Of a DNA stretch of 64,000 nt, positions 10,247 to 20,705 are shown piece by piece. Source of the DNA: Parvibaculum sp. (GTDB lineage: Bacteria > Pseudomonadota > Alphaproteobacteria > Parvibaculales > Parvibaculaceae). The stretch's first letter is position 1. Each line of letters begins with the position of its first letter. The stretch is taken from assembly GCA_030649335.1 (NCBI GenBank), contig JAUSLL010000015.1, positions 57,746 through 121,745 of the forward strand. The letters run 5' to 3'. The notes below the pieces were generated by a model that was not told where the DNA came from, made no database searches, and worked only from the letters and a program-made list of their open reading frames with translations. The position numbers and the translations under genes are program-made.

Positions 10247-11326
10247 ATGTCGCAAGTGAGCAAAGATTTCACCGTCTCCAAAACGGATTTGCGGACGTAT
10301 AAGCTTGTCGAAACCACTTTGCCCGTGCTGGGCGAGGGTGAAGTGCTGGTCAAAGTCGGCAAGTTTGCTTTCACGTCCAACAATGTCACCTACGCGGCTT
10401 TCGGCGAGATGATGCAATATTGGGATTTCTTTCCCGCGCCCGAAGGCTTTGGCCGGGTGCCCGTCTGGGGTTTCGGCGATATCATCGCGTCCAACAATGA
10501 CGGGCTTAAAGTGGGCGAGCGCATCTTCGGTTATCTGCCCATGTCGAGCCATGTGGTGTTGCGCGCCGATCATGTGAAGCCCGCAGGCTTTGTCGATGTG
10601 TCGGCGCATCGCGCGCATCTGGCGCTCGTCTACAATCAGTATAATCGTGTCGCGGGCGACGCGGGCTATGCGGAAAAATTTGAAGATCAGCAGGCGTTGT
10701 TGCGTCCGTTGTTCATGACTGCTTTCTTCATCGATGATCTGATCGCCGACAACGACTTCTTCGGTGCCAAAGCCGTGGTCCTGTCGAGTGCGTCCAGCAA
10801 GACCGCGCTCGGCGTAGCTTATTTGTTGTCGCAGAACCGCGACGTCGAAGTCATTGGTCTCACGTCCCCGTCGAACAAAGGTTTTGTCGAGGCGACGGGT
10901 TACTATGACCGTGTTGTCACTTACGACAATATCGCTTCGATCCCGTCCGACCTCAAAGTGGTCTTCGTCGATATGGCGGGCAATGCCAAAGTCATCACGG
11001 ATCTTCACAATCATTTCCGCGACGCGATGACCTATAGCTGCGTTGTCGGTGGCACGCATTGGGAAGCGCGCGGGGTCAGCGAAAGCTTGCCGGGGCCGAA
11101 GCCTGTTTTCTTCTTTGCGCCGACGCAGATCGCCAAGCGCACTAAGGATTGGGGTCCGGGCGGCATCGAAAAACGTTTCGCGGCCAGCTGGCTTGCGTTT
11201 CTGGCCTCGGTCGCAGGGTGGATGCATGTGGTGACAGGCAAAGGCGAAGCGGATGTCGCGCGCGTCTATCTCGCCATGCTCGACGGCAAGGTCGCGCCGA
11301 GCGAAGGCCATATGCTGTCGGTTTAA
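10247..11326 (+). CDS. DUF2855-like protein (MDR/oxidoreductase-like fold)
   Basis: FAFTSNNVTYA, YWDFFP..VPVWGF, LRPLFMTAFFIDD, SSASSKTA, FFFAP. Confidence 0.8.
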   Translation: MSQVSKDFTVSKTDLRTYKLVETTLPVLGEGEVLVKVGKFAFTSNNVTYAAFGEMMQYWDFFPAPEGFGRVPVWGFGDIIASNNDGLKVGERIFGYLPMSSHVVLRADHVKPAGFVDVSAHRAHLALVYNQYNRVAGDAGYAEKFEDQQALLRPLFMTAFFIDDLIADNDFFGAKAVVLSSASSKTALGVAYLLSQNRDVEVIGLTSPSNKGFVEATGYYDRVVTYDNIASIPSDLKVVFVDMAGNAKVITDLHNHFRDAMTYSCVVGGTHWEARGVSESLPGPKPVFFFAPTQIAKRTKDWGPGGIEKRFAASWLAFLASVAGWMHVVTGKGEADVARVYLAMLDGKVAPSEGHMLSV

Positions 11327-12024
11327 ACTGCGAGCAGCGCCAGCAAGCTCGCGACAATCATCACTTGCCCGACATAATAGGTGATCCAGACGATCGGCCC
11401 GCGATATGGCACGGGTCGCGCGAATTGATTGACCACAATCACCGCGTCTGAAAACACAAAGAGCATCGCGCCGATGCCTGTGGTGAGCGTCGGCATGGCG
11501 AGTGCTGCGAGTGCCATCAGCGATATAACGCCCATATAGGCCCAGATAGGTTTCTTGTAAGCCCCGAGCTTCGGCGCGATCCAGACGCAGGTGCCGATGG
11601 CAAAAACGGCCAGCGCGATCATGCAGGCGATTTGCGTGGGCGAGGGGGCGACGAGGCGTGGCACCATCACGATCAGATAGAAAATATGCCCGACAAGAAA
11701 CGCCGCGACGCCGCGTTTGAAATTTTTGGCATCGCCTTTCAACGCGAGGAAATAATCACCGGCGCTGCCAAAAGCGAGGGCCAATGCAAGTGCAACGAGA
11801 GCGACCATGGGTCCGGCACCGATGCCGAGCAGCGGCAAGGGTGCGAGTGCCGAAATCGAAACGGTCTTGAGCGCAGTGCGGATCGCGCTCGTCTGGCGGC
11901 TTTCGATCAGCTGGTAGGCAATTGCGGCGGCGAGTGAAAGACCGGCCAATGTGATGCGAAGGCCATCCAGCCCGTCGTTTTGCGTCAATAAGTCGAGCAT
12001 GGGTTCCCTCTCCTGTTGCGTCAC
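11323..12024 (-). CDS. YhhN / lysoplasmalogenase-like membrane protein
   Basis: FGSAGDYFL, AFLVGHIFY, LFVFSDAVI, TYYVGQ. Confidence 0.85.
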   Translation of the reverse strand: MTQQEREPMLDLLTQNDGLDGLRITLAGLSLAAAIAYQLIESRQTSAIRTALKTVSISALAPLPLLGIGAGPMVALVALALALAFGSAGDYFLALKGDAKNFKRGVAAFLVGHIFYLIVMVPRLVAPSPTQIACMIALAVFAIGTCVWIAPKLGAYKKPIWAYMGVISLMALAALAMPTLTTGIGAMLFVFSDAVIVVNQFARPVPYRGPIVWITYYVGQVMIVASLLALLAV

Positions 12025-12106
12025 AATCTATCTATGTAACAATTATCTTGGTCGGTGCGTATTACCTGTAATGTCTCGTGTTCGCCGCTCACTGCAGGGT
12101 ACCTTC

Positions 12107-12520
12107 ATGTTGAAACCATTGTCACTTTTGCTCCTCCGTCTGGGAACAGGGTTGCTGTTGTCGCTTTGGGCGTTGGTGAAGATCATGGCACCGGGCAAGG
12201 CTGTCGGTGTGTCCGAGAAGTACTATGGCGGCATGTTGAGCGTTGACGCTCTGCAAATGCCTATGGGTGTGCTGCAGCTTGCTCTGGGGCTTTTGGTCGT
12301 GGTGGGGTTGTTTCGTAAAGTCGTTTATCCTGTGCAGGCCGTTGTACTTGGCCTCGGTCTTCTTGCTGTTGGTAAATACATTGTCGATCCGTTCGGTCTC
12401 TATTTGCTGACACCGGATACGGCTCAATTGCTGTTTTTCCCTTCGCTCACAGTCTTTGCGGCTGCGTTGGTGCTCATCGCGTTTCGTGCAGAAGACATCT
12501 GGAGCCTTGACCGCAAGTAG
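12107..12520 (+). CDS. DoxX-like membrane protein
   Basis: LLLLRLGTGLLLSLWALVK followed by three more TM segments. Confidence 0.65.
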   Translation: MLKPLSLLLLRLGTGLLLSLWALVKIMAPGKAVGVSEKYYGGMLSVDALQMPMGVLQLALGLLVVVGLFRKVVYPVQAVVLGLGLLAVGKYIVDPFGLYLLTPDTAQLLFFPSLTVFAAALVLIAFRAEDIWSLDRK

Positions 12521-12535
12521 GATCAGGCTTCGCCT

Positions 12536-13750
12536 TCACGGCTGTCCTTCAAGCCACGTCGCCGCGCCGATCCCGGCCGCGCGCCCCGTCGCAAAACACG
12601 CACTCAGCAGATAGCCCCCTGTCGGTGCGTCCCAGTCGAGCATTTCACCGGCGCAGAAGATGCCCGCCATATTGCGCAGCATATAATGCTCATCAAGCCC
12701 CGTGAAAGCGACGCCGCCGGCAGACGATATCGCTTCCTCGATCGGTCGCGCGCGCCTCAGAACCTGCGGCACAGCTTTGATACCTGCGGCGAGTGCAGCC
12801 ATATCGTCGAAGGTTTCTTTGGGCAGGCATTCGCGCAGCAGTGCCGCTTTTACACCGTCGATGCCCGTCACCTTGCGCAGGAAATTCGCAAACGACGCCT
12901 TGTCGCGCGGGCGTGAGAGATTGCCTTGCAGTCGCTCAGCGCTGCGGTCGGGCGCAAGGTCGAGCATCAATGTTGCTTGCCCGTCTCTTTCAATCGTCTC
13001 GCGCAAGCGGCTTGCCAGTGCATAGACGCCGCTGCCCTCAACACCTTTGGCGGTCACAACAAATTCGCCGCGATGGCTCTCGCCGTCAAAACTCAGCACA
13101 ACAGGCTTCACCGGCGCTCCGGCAAAGCGTTCCGACACAAAAGGTGTCCAGTTGACGTCAAAGCCGCAATTGGATGCTGCAAGTGGTGTGACTGCCGCCC
13201 CGCGCGCTTCCAGCGGTGCCACCCAGCTTGCGTCGGAGCCGAGCTGCGGCCAGCTCGCACCGCCAAGTGCCAGCACGGTTGAGCGCGCCATGACCGTCGC
13301 CGCGCCTTCCCGCGTCTCAAATGTCAGTGCGCCGTCCGCGTCCCAGCCTGTCCAGCGGTGACGGACATGGATGGTGAGGCCATTGTCGCGCAAGTGTTTG
13401 ATCCAGGCGCGCAGCAGAGGGGCCGCTTTGAAGTCGGTCGGGAAGATGCGGCCTGACGTGCCCGTGAAGGTTTTGACGCCGAGACCGTCTGCCCATTGGG
13501 CAATGGCCTCAGGCGGCATCGCATCAAGTGCCGCCCGTAGATGGCTGCCGCTTTCGCCAAAGCGCGTCACAAATGTCGTGTATTCTTCCGAATGGGTGAG
13601 ATTAAGCCCGCTTTTGCCCGCCATCAGAAATTTGCGGCCCAGCGATGGCATGGCGTCGAACAGATGTGGCCGGTGCCCGCGCGCCATCAGCGCTTCGGCT
13701 GCCATCAGCCCCGCCGGTCCGCCGCCGATAATTGCCACATCAATATTCAT
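12536..13750 (-). CDS. BaiN/HI0933-family flavoprotein (TIGR03862-like)
   Basis: IIGGGPAGLMAAE, GRKFLMAGKSGLNLTHSE, AISSAGGV, GEMLDWDAPTGGYLL. Confidence 0.9.
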   Translation of the reverse strand: MNIDVAIIGGGPAGLMAAEALMARGHRPHLFDAMPSLGRKFLMAGKSGLNLTHSEEYTTFVTRFGESGSHLRAALDAMPPEAIAQWADGLGVKTFTGTSGRIFPTDFKAAPLLRAWIKHLRDNGLTIHVRHRWTGWDADGALTFETREGAATVMARSTVLALGGASWPQLGSDASWVAPLEARGAAVTPLAASNCGFDVNWTPFVSERFAGAPVKPVVLSFDGESHRGEFVVTAKGVEGSGVYALASRLRETIERDGQATLMLDLAPDRSAERLQGNLSRPRDKASFANFLRKVTGIDGVKAALLRECLPKETFDDMAALAAGIKAVPQVLRRARPIEEAISSAGGVAFTGLDEHYMLRNMAGIFCAGEMLDWDAPTGGYLLSACFATGRAAGIGAATWLEGQP

Positions 13751-13837
13751 CGCTGCCAAAGCCCTTCTCCAATCGCCTCTGCGTGGTCTAACCTGTCCCC
13801 AACAGAAAATCAGACAAAAGTTACCTTTGGGAGCGTT

Positions 13838-16800
13838 ATGACTATCACCCATTTGCTGATCGCCAATAGAGGCGAAATCGCCATTCGTATCGCGCGCGCC
13901 GCCGCCGATCTCGGAATTGCCACCACATCGGTCTTTTCAGAGGATGATGCGCTCTCGCTCCATACCCGTGTCAGCGACGATGCTCATGCGCTCAAAGGCC
14001 ACGGTGCCGCCGCCTATCTCGACATCGCGCAGATCGTCGCCGCCGCCAAAGAAGCCAAATGCGACGCTGTGCATCCCGGCTACGGGTTCCTTTCTGAAAA
14101 CGCCGCCTTCGCGCGCGCCTGCGCCGATGCAGGCCTCGTCTTTGTCGGCCCCAATGTCGCCGCGCTTGAACTGTTTGGCGACAAGATCAAAGCCAAGGCA
14201 TTGGCCAAAAAAACTGGCGTGGCGCTCTTGCCCGGTACAGACGGGTCGACAACGCTTGAATCTGCACATAAATTCTTTGCCGATCAGGGCGCGATGATGA
14301 TCAAAGCGGTTACCGGTGGCGGAGGACGTGGCATGCGACCTGTGCGTGCCGCATCCGAAATCGACGATGCCTATGCGCGCTGCCAGTCCGAGGCCAAAGC
14401 GGCTTTCGGCTCGTCTGATGTTTACATCGAAAAACTCATCGATCAGGCGCGCCACATCGAAGTGCAAATCGTCGGTGATGGATCGGGTGAGATCGTGCAT
14501 CTTTACGAGCGCGAATGTTCCGCCCAACGTCGCAATCAAAAGCTTGCCGAAATCGCACCGAGCCCGAGCCTCACGCCCGAGCTTCGCAAGTCGCTCACGG
14601 ATGCGGCAGTGAAGCTTGCGCGCGCCGCAAATTACGACAATCTCGGCACGTTCGAATTTCTCGTTGATGCCGCCGACATGAAAACCTTCGCCTTCATCGA
14701 AGCAAACCCGCGTCTGCAGGTCGAACACACCGTGACGGAAGAAGTCACCGGCGTTGATCTCGTGCAAACCCAATTGCGCATTGCAGGTGGCGAGAGCCTC
14801 GCGGCGCTTGGTCTCACACAAAAAAATATTCCGGCCCCGCGCGGCTATGCGATCCAGTTGCGCGTCAATATGGAAACCATGGAAGCCGACGGCAATGCGC
14901 GTCCCGCAGGCGGCACGCTCAGCGTGTTTGAGCCGCCGTCGGGTCCGGGCTTGCGCGTCGATACATTCGGTTATGCAGGTTACCGAACCTCTCCGAGCTT
15001 TGATTCACTGCTTGCCAAACTCATCGTGCATTCGCGCTCGTCGGACTATACTGACGCCGTGCGCCGCGCCGCGCGCGCCTTGTCAGAGTTTCGTATTGAA
15101 GGTGTGGCGACCAATATCCCCTTCCTGCGCAATCTTCTCGATCACGAAGCCTTTGCCGCCAATGCCATCACCACGCGTTTCATCGAAACCAATGCCGCCG
15201 CGCTTGTCGCGCCACGCGCGGACGCGAGCCACCGCTATTTCGCAGGCAGCGCCACAGGTGGCATTGCGGCAGATGCGTCGCATGTCAAAGGCCCCGCCAA
15301 CAGCGAGCCTGTCGGTGCGCCGATGCAAGGTAAGGTCGTGCATATCGAAGTCGCTGAAGGCGACACAGTGCATCGCGGCCAGCAGATCGCCGTGCTTGAA
15401 GCGATGAAGATGGAACATCTCGTCAAAGCGGACCAAAGCGGCATTGTCGCCATGGTTGCGGCGGCACCCGGCGAGGTTCTCTTTGAAGGCCAGCCGCTTA
15501 TTTTCATCGAACCGCGAGATGTTGGCGCAGGCGCGGTGGTTGTTGATGAAGTGATTGATCTCGATCGCATTCGTCCTGATCTCGCTGAAGTGCGCGCCCG
15601 CGTGCTCACGGGTCTTGATGAAGGTCGTCCGGATGCGGTGGCGCGTCGTCGCAAGACCAATCAGCGCACCGCGCGCGAGAACATTGATGATCTTTGCGAC
15701 GAAGGCAGCTTCATCGAGTATGGCTCGATGATGCTGGCCGCGCAGCGTCGCCGTCGTCCGATGGATGAGCTGATGAAGATGAGCCCTGCCGATGGCATGG
15801 TTTCAGGCTTTGGTTCGATCAACGGCGACAAGTTTGATGATGAGACATCGCGCGCGCTTGTGCTGGCATACGATTACACCGTCTTTGCGGGCACGCAGGG
15901 CGCGATGAACCACAAGAAAAAGGATCGTATGTTCAAACTCGCCGAAGAGTGGAAGACACCGATTGTGTTTTTCACCGAAGGTGGCGGCGGTCGTCCGGGC
16001 GATACCGATGCGCTGGGCGTTGCCGGTCTCGATACGCCGAGCTTTCTCGCGTATGCGCGCATGTCGGGTCTCGTGCCCCGCGTCGGCATCAATTCAGGCC
16101 GTTGCTTTGCGGGCAATGCGGCTTTGCTCGGGTGCTCCGATGTCATCATCGCGACCAAAAATTCCAACATCGGCATGGGCGGCCCGGCCATGATTGAAGG
16201 CGGCGGTCTTGGCGTCTTCACGCCTGATGAAGTCGGACCTGTCTCCGTGCAAGCGCCCAATGGTGTCATCGACATACTGGTCGAAGATGAAATGGAAGCC
16301 GTTGCCGCCGCCAAAAAATATCTCTCCTATTTTCAAGGCGACATTGCCGATTGGGCGTGTGCCGACCAGCGCGTGCTGCGTCATGTGATCCCTGAAAACC
16401 GTCTGCGTATCTATGATATCCGTGCGGTCATCGATGGCATTTGCGACACAGGCTCGGTGCTCGAACTGCGCCGCGATTTCGGCCACGGCATGGTGACAGC
16501 CCTGGTGCGCGTCGAAGGCAAGCCCATGGGCCTCATTGCCAACAACCCCACGCATCTGGCCGGTGCCATCGATGGTGACGCGGCCGACAAAGCCTCGCGC
16601 TTCATGCAACTCTGCGATGCCTTCGGTCTGCCGATCCTCTCGCTTTGCGACACGCCGGGTTTCATGGTCGGGCCGGATGCGGAAAAGACCGCCCTTGTGC
16701 GCCGTGTCAGCCGCATGTTTGTCACGGCAGGTTCCATGACCGTGCCGCTCTTTACCGTCGTGTTGCGTAAGGGCTATGGGCTTGGCGCGCAGGGCATGGC

Positions 16801-17125
16801 CGGTGGTTCGTTCCACGCGCCGTTCTTCATCGTCTCATGGCCGACCGGCGAATTCGGCGGCATGGGGCTTGAGGGTGCGGTGCGGCTTGGCTACCGCAAG
16901 GAGATGGAGGCGCTCACCGACCCCGCAGAACAAAAAGCCTTCTTTGATGAAAAAGTCGCGCGCTCCTACGAGCATGGTAAGGCGATCAACATGGCAGCAT
17001 TTTTGGAAATCGATCAGGTGATCGACCCCGTCGAAACCCGTCACTGGATTGCGCGTGGTCTGGCCTCCGTGCCCAAACGCGACAAGACGCAAGGCAAACG
17101 CCGCAGCTTTGTCGATACGTGGTAG
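13838..17125 (+). CDS. Single-chain biotin-dependent acyl-CoA carboxylase (BC-BCCP-CT fusion)
   Basis: ANRGEIAIR, HPGYGFLSE and RLQVEHTVTE (BC); EAMKME biotinylation site (BCCP); AGTQG, EGGGGR, DTPGFMVG and GGMGLEG (CT). Confidence 0.93.
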   Translation: MTITHLLIANRGEIAIRIARAAADLGIATTSVFSEDDALSLHTRVSDDAHALKGHGAAAYLDIAQIVAAAKEAKCDAVHPGYGFLSENAAFARACADAGLVFVGPNVAALELFGDKIKAKALAKKTGVALLPGTDGSTTLESAHKFFADQGAMMIKAVTGGGGRGMRPVRAASEIDDAYARCQSEAKAAFGSSDVYIEKLIDQARHIEVQIVGDGSGEIVHLYERECSAQRRNQKLAEIAPSPSLTPELRKSLTDAAVKLARAANYDNLGTFEFLVDAADMKTFAFIEANPRLQVEHTVTEEVTGVDLVQTQLRIAGGESLAALGLTQKNIPAPRGYAIQLRVNMETMEADGNARPAGGTLSVFEPPSGPGLRVDTFGYAGYRTSPSFDSLLAKLIVHSRSSDYTDAVRRAARALSEFRIEGVATNIPFLRNLLDHEAFAANAITTRFIETNAAALVAPRADASHRYFAGSATGGIAADASHVKGPANSEPVGAPMQGKVVHIEVAEGDTVHRGQQIAVLEAMKMEHLVKADQSGIVAMVAAAPGEVLFEGQPLIFIEPRDVGAGAVVVDEVIDLDRIRPDLAEVRARVLTGLDEGRPDAVARRRKTNQRTARENIDDLCDEGSFIEYGSMMLAAQRRRRPMDELMKMSPADGMVSGFGSINGDKFDDETSRALVLAYDYTVFAGTQGAMNHKKKDRMFKLAEEWKTPIVFFTEGGGGRPGDTDALGVAGLDTPSFLAYARMSGLVPRVGINSGRCFAGNAALLGCSDVIIATKNSNIGMGGPAMIEGGGLGVFTPDEVGPVSVQAPNGVIDILVEDEMEAVAAAKKYLSYFQGDIADWACADQRVLRHVIPENRLRIYDIRAVIDGICDTGSVLELRRDFGHGMVTALVRVEGKPMGLIANNPTHLAGAIDGDAADKASRFMQLCDAFGLPILSLCDTPGFMVGPDAEKTALVRRVSRMFVTAGSMTVPLFTVVLRKGYGLGAQGMAGGSFHAPFFIVSWPTGEFGGMGLEGAVRLGYRKEMEALTDPAEQKAFFDEKVARSYEHGKAINMAAFLEIDQVIDPVETRHWIARGLASVPKRDKTQGKRRSFVDTW

Positions 17126-17134
17126 AAACAGTCC

Positions 17135-17587
17135 ATGCCCGCCACTCATAAGCGCCATCTCGGCATCCGTGCCATCATCGTTTTCTACCGCGAGTTTGAA
17201 CGTGCGACGCGGGACGCTGATATTTCCATCGGCCAATACCGCACCATGCTGTTCCTCAAGGGCGGGGCGAAGCGGGCGGGTGCGATTGCGGCGGCAGGTG
17301 CAGTTAAGAAGCCGACCGTCTCGGCCATGCTCGCTAATTTGCGCGACAAAGGCTGGATCACGGATGAGGCGGACCCTGATGATGCGCGGGCTTTGTCTGT
17401 TGCGCTGACGCCAGCGGGGCTTGCCCGTCTCAACGCTCTTGAAGATGAATTGTCCGCCCGCCTTGCCGCCATCGTGCCCGATGGTGAAATGCAGGCGCTG
17501 CTCGACGCGCTTTCGGCTGCTTATCTTTCTCTCGGTGCGACACAGGCCGATCGTGTGAAAGATATTGAAAGTCAGTTTCTGGGGTGA
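17135..17587 (+). CDS. MarR-family regulator
   Basis: Winged-HTH pattern KPTVSAMLANLRDKGWI..DPDDARALSVALTPAG. Confidence 0.85.
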   Translation: MPATHKRHLGIRAIIVFYREFERATRDADISIGQYRTMLFLKGGAKRAGAIAAAGAVKKPTVSAMLANLRDKGWITDEADPDDARALSVALTPAGLARLNALEDELSARLAAIVPDGEMQALLDALSAAYLSLGATQADRVKDIESQFLG

Positions 17588-17599
17588 TCCGTCAAAAAC

Positions 17600-17688
17600 A
17601 TCTGTCATCCCGGGCTTGTCCCGGGGTCCAGTAGCGGCCCCACAGAGCAAACGGTCCTGGATCCCGGGACAAGCCCGGGATGACAGAT
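17600..17688. repeat. REP-like palindromic element, family A (GTCATCCCGG...ATCCA)
   Basis: 32-bp inverted arms with one mismatch (atctgtcatcccgggcttgtcccggggtccag ... ctggatcccgggacaagcccgggatgacagat); each arm is itself a hairpin. Confidence 0.9.
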
Positions 17689-17696
17689 CGAAATTC

Positions 17697-17742
17697 TTGA
17701 CATCCCCTCTTTTGCCCTCATATAGTTAGCTCAATCGAACTA
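17697..17742 (+). promoter_or_regulatory. Sigma70 promoter with an overlapping dyad (possible MarR operator)
   Basis: TTGACA(17697)-N18-TATAGT(17721); inverted repeat TAGTT-N10-AACTA at 17723-17742. Confidence 0.6.
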
Positions 17743-17770
17743 AAAAAGTTCAACGGGGAGAGGGACCGTC

Positions 17771-19501
17771 ATGGCTCATGCCTATGATCTCGTCATTCGC
17801 GGCGGCACGCTGGCCGATGGCACAGGGGCTCCCTTGCGCGAGGCGGATGTCGCCATCCGCGATGGGCTGATCGTCGAAGTCGGTACGGTTGCAGGGACGG
17901 GCGCTGAAGAAATCGACGCCAAATCCCGTCTCGTCACGCCGGGCTTTGTCGATATCCATACTCACTACGACGGTCAGGCGACATGGGATGCGCGCATGCA
18001 GCCTTCAAGCTGGCATGGCGTCACCACAGCGGTCATGGGTAATTGCGGAGTCGGCTTTGCGCCTGTGCGCCCCGCCGATCACAACCGCCTCATAGAGCTG
18101 ATGGAAGGCGTCGAGGACATTCCCGGTGCCGCGCTCCACGAAGGTCTTACGTGGAACTGGCAGAGCTTCCCCGATTATCTTGATGCGCTCGCCGTGCGCA
18201 GCTTCGACATGGATATTTGCGCCCAGCTTCCCCATGGTGCCTTGCGTGTCTTCGTCATGGGTGAGCGCGGCGCGAACCTTGAGGCGGCGACACCTGACGA
18301 TATTGCGTCGATGAGGGCGCTCACGGCGGAAGCCATGCGCGCCGGTGCCATAGGATTTTCAACGTCGCGCACGCTCAATCACCGCACGGTGAAGGGCGAC
18401 CCGACGCCAAGCCTTCGCGCCACGGAAGCCGAACTTACCGGCATCGCGCAAGGTATGCGCGACGCGGGCAGCGGCGTTTTTGAAATGATTTCCGATTTCG
18501 ACACGCCGGATCAGGAAACCGAATTTGCCATGCTCCGCCGACTCATTGATGTGTCTGGCGCGCCTATGTCGATCTCGCTGGGTCAGGCCCATTCATCGCC
18601 CCGTGGCTGGCGCAAATTGCTCGACCGCATCGGTGCCGCCGCGCGTGATGGTCAGCCCGTGCGCGCACAGGTCGCGCCGCGCCCCATCGGCACGCTCTAC
18701 GGGCTTCAGTCGAGCCTCAATCCGTTTTCGGTCCACCCCGCTTTCCGCGCCATCGCGCATCTGAGCCTTGCGGAGAAAGTCGCGGCATTCCGCGATCCCG
18801 CCTTTGTCGCGCGACTGAAAACGGAAGCCCCTGCCGAGCAATATGCAAAACTCGTCAAACGTCTCAATGATTTCACGCGTATCTTTCCGCTCGGTGCGGA
18901 GCCGGAATATGAACCACCGCGCGAAAAATCACTGGCGCATATGGCTGAAACGTCGGGCCGCGATGTGATTGACGTCGCCGTCGAGTGTCTTCTCGCCGAC
19001 GAAGGTCATGCCTTCCTCTTTGCACCCTTCTCCAATTACGCCGACTACAATCTCGATGCCTGCGGCGAGATGATGTCAGACCCGCATACCATCATGGGTT
19101 TGGGTGATGGCGGCGCGCATGTCGGTTTGATTTCCGATGGTAGTTTCCCGACCTATCTGTTGAGCCATTGGGGCCGCGACCGTGCGCATGGCCGTTTCCC
19201 TGTCGAGCAGCTGGTCAAAAAACAAACGTCCGACACCGCGCGTGCCGTTGGTCTCTATGATCGCGGTGTCGTGGCGGCAGGTTACAAAGCCGATCTCAAC
19301 ATCATTGATTTCGACCGGCTGGCGCTCGAAGTGCCTGTCATGGCTTTTGATCTGCCGGCGGGCGGCAAGCGTCTGCTGCAGCGGGCGCGTGGTTATGAAG
19401 CGACGATTGTGTCGGGTGCCGTCACCTATCGCAACGGCGAGGCAACGGATGCCTTGCCCGGCCGTCTTGTGCGCGGGCCTCAGCCCGTGCCCCAACAATA
19501 A
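17771..19501 (+). CDS. N-acyl-D-amino-acid deacylase family amidohydrolase
   Basis: PGFVDIHTHYD, GVTTAVMGNCGVGFAP, GDGGAH, GYKADLNIID. Confidence 0.9.
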   Translation: MAHAYDLVIRGGTLADGTGAPLREADVAIRDGLIVEVGTVAGTGAEEIDAKSRLVTPGFVDIHTHYDGQATWDARMQPSSWHGVTTAVMGNCGVGFAPVRPADHNRLIELMEGVEDIPGAALHEGLTWNWQSFPDYLDALAVRSFDMDICAQLPHGALRVFVMGERGANLEAATPDDIASMRALTAEAMRAGAIGFSTSRTLNHRTVKGDPTPSLRATEAELTGIAQGMRDAGSGVFEMISDFDTPDQETEFAMLRRLIDVSGAPMSISLGQAHSSPRGWRKLLDRIGAAARDGQPVRAQVAPRPIGTLYGLQSSLNPFSVHPAFRAIAHLSLAEKVAAFRDPAFVARLKTEAPAEQYAKLVKRLNDFTRIFPLGAEPEYEPPREKSLAHMAETSGRDVIDVAVECLLADEGHAFLFAPFSNYADYNLDACGEMMSDPHTIMGLGDGGAHVGLISDGSFPTYLLSHWGRDRAHGRFPVEQLVKKQTSDTARAVGLYDRGVVAAGYKADLNIIDFDRLALEVPVMAFDLPAGGKRLLQRARGYEATIVSGAVTYRNGEATDALPGRLVRGPQPVPQQ

Positions 19502-19532
19502 ATACAGAGCAATAATATCCGTGGAGGGACAG

Positions 19533-20570
19533 ATGACCATTCAACCGCGTGCACTCGAAACCCATGTCAATTGGCGCTCATCCGATGTGGCGGACCCCGC
19601 CCGCTGGACACTAGTGCTGGATGAGGCTGACAAGCGCGAGCTTGATGCCGCACTGAAAGTCGCCAAGACGAAATCCGATAATCTTCTTGAAATCACCCGC
19701 GAAGATTTTCCACTTGATCGCCTTGTGCCGAAACTTGCCGATGTTGAGCGCGAGTTGATCGACGGGCGCGGCTTCATGCGCATTGCGACGCTCGATGTGA
19801 CGCGTTATTCCGACGATGATCTCACCATGCTTTATTGGGGCATCGGATTGCATCTCGGCGATCCGTGGCCGCAAAATAAATATGGTCACATGATGGGTGA
19901 TGTGACCGACCAGCACAAAGCGCCGAACGATCCCACTTCGCGCGGCAATGAGATCGGTCTTGTCGGGCTTGATTATCACACAGACGGCTCAGACCTTGTT
20001 GGTCTTATGTGTCTGCGCAAAGCCAAGCGTGGCGGGTTATCCTGCGTTGCCAATGTGGTGGCGATCTATAATGAGCTTGTGAAAACGCGGCCCGATCTCA
20101 TCGCCGCGCTTTATGAAAAAATGCCATGGGATTTTCGCGGTGAGCAACCCGCCGGTGGTGATCCGTTCTACATCCGCACGGTTTTCACCGAACATGACGA
20201 CAGGCTCTTCTGCCGTTTCATCCCGCAATATATTAAAGCCTCGCAGCGTCATGCCGCCGCGCCGCGCCTGACTCCGTTGCAGATCGAAGCGCTCGACACG
20301 GTTGCCGCCATGGCGCGCGACCCGCAGTTCAATGTCTATATGGATTTGCAGCCCGGCGAGATGCAGTTCATCAACAACTATCATGTGCTGCATGGCCGCA
20401 TGGAATATGAAGATGATGTCGCCGCCGGACAGAAGCGCCACCTGAAACGTCTCTGGCTCGCCACGCGCATGCTGAAAGATCGGCCCGCGCATTTTGCCAA
20501 TGGAGCGCATGGGCATTGGGCGAGAAACAAAACCGTGAGCCGTATTGCGGCGGTCGGTCAGGCGGTATGA
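19533..20570 (+). CDS. TauD/TfdA-family Fe(II)/2-oxoglutarate dioxygenase
   Basis: Facial triad HTD...H (YHTDGSD; NNYHVLHGR) and RHLKRLWL. Confidence 0.88.
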   Translation: MTIQPRALETHVNWRSSDVADPARWTLVLDEADKRELDAALKVAKTKSDNLLEITREDFPLDRLVPKLADVERELIDGRGFMRIATLDVTRYSDDDLTMLYWGIGLHLGDPWPQNKYGHMMGDVTDQHKAPNDPTSRGNEIGLVGLDYHTDGSDLVGLMCLRKAKRGGLSCVANVVAIYNELVKTRPDLIAALYEKMPWDFRGEQPAGGDPFYIRTVFTEHDDRLFCRFIPQYIKASQRHAAAPRLTPLQIEALDTVAAMARDPQFNVYMDLQPGEMQFINNYHVLHGRMEYEDDVAAGQKRHLKRLWLATRMLKDRPAHFANGAHGHWARNKTVSRIAAVGQAV

Positions 20571-20587
20571 TTTCCGTGCTTGCGGCT

Positions 20588-20685
20588 ATCCTTCGAGACG
20601 CGGCTTTGCCGCTCCTCAGGATGAGGTATCATACAAAAAATCCTCATCCTGAGGAGCGGCCCGTTTGGCGCGCGTCTCGAAGGAT
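20588..20685. repeat. REP-like palindromic element, family B (CTCATCCTGAGGAG...GTCTCGAAGGAT)
   Basis: atccttcgagacgc..gccgctcctcaggatgagg / cctcatcctgaggagcggc..gcgtctcgaaggat form inverted arms. Confidence 0.88.
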
Positions 20686-20705
20686 GGCGGCAGGGAGACT
20701 CAAAT

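Noticed and set aside
12523-12551. 13-bp periodicity at the BaiN-family gene end
   Set aside because: Only 8/13 identity; not distinguishable from chance.
13541-13837. N-terminal ORF extensions given by the track (also 3896, 6058, 19182, 33110, 40073, 41306, 42757, 46651)
   Set aside because: Homology motifs and RBSs begin at downstream starts, and several extensions overlap neighbouring genes.
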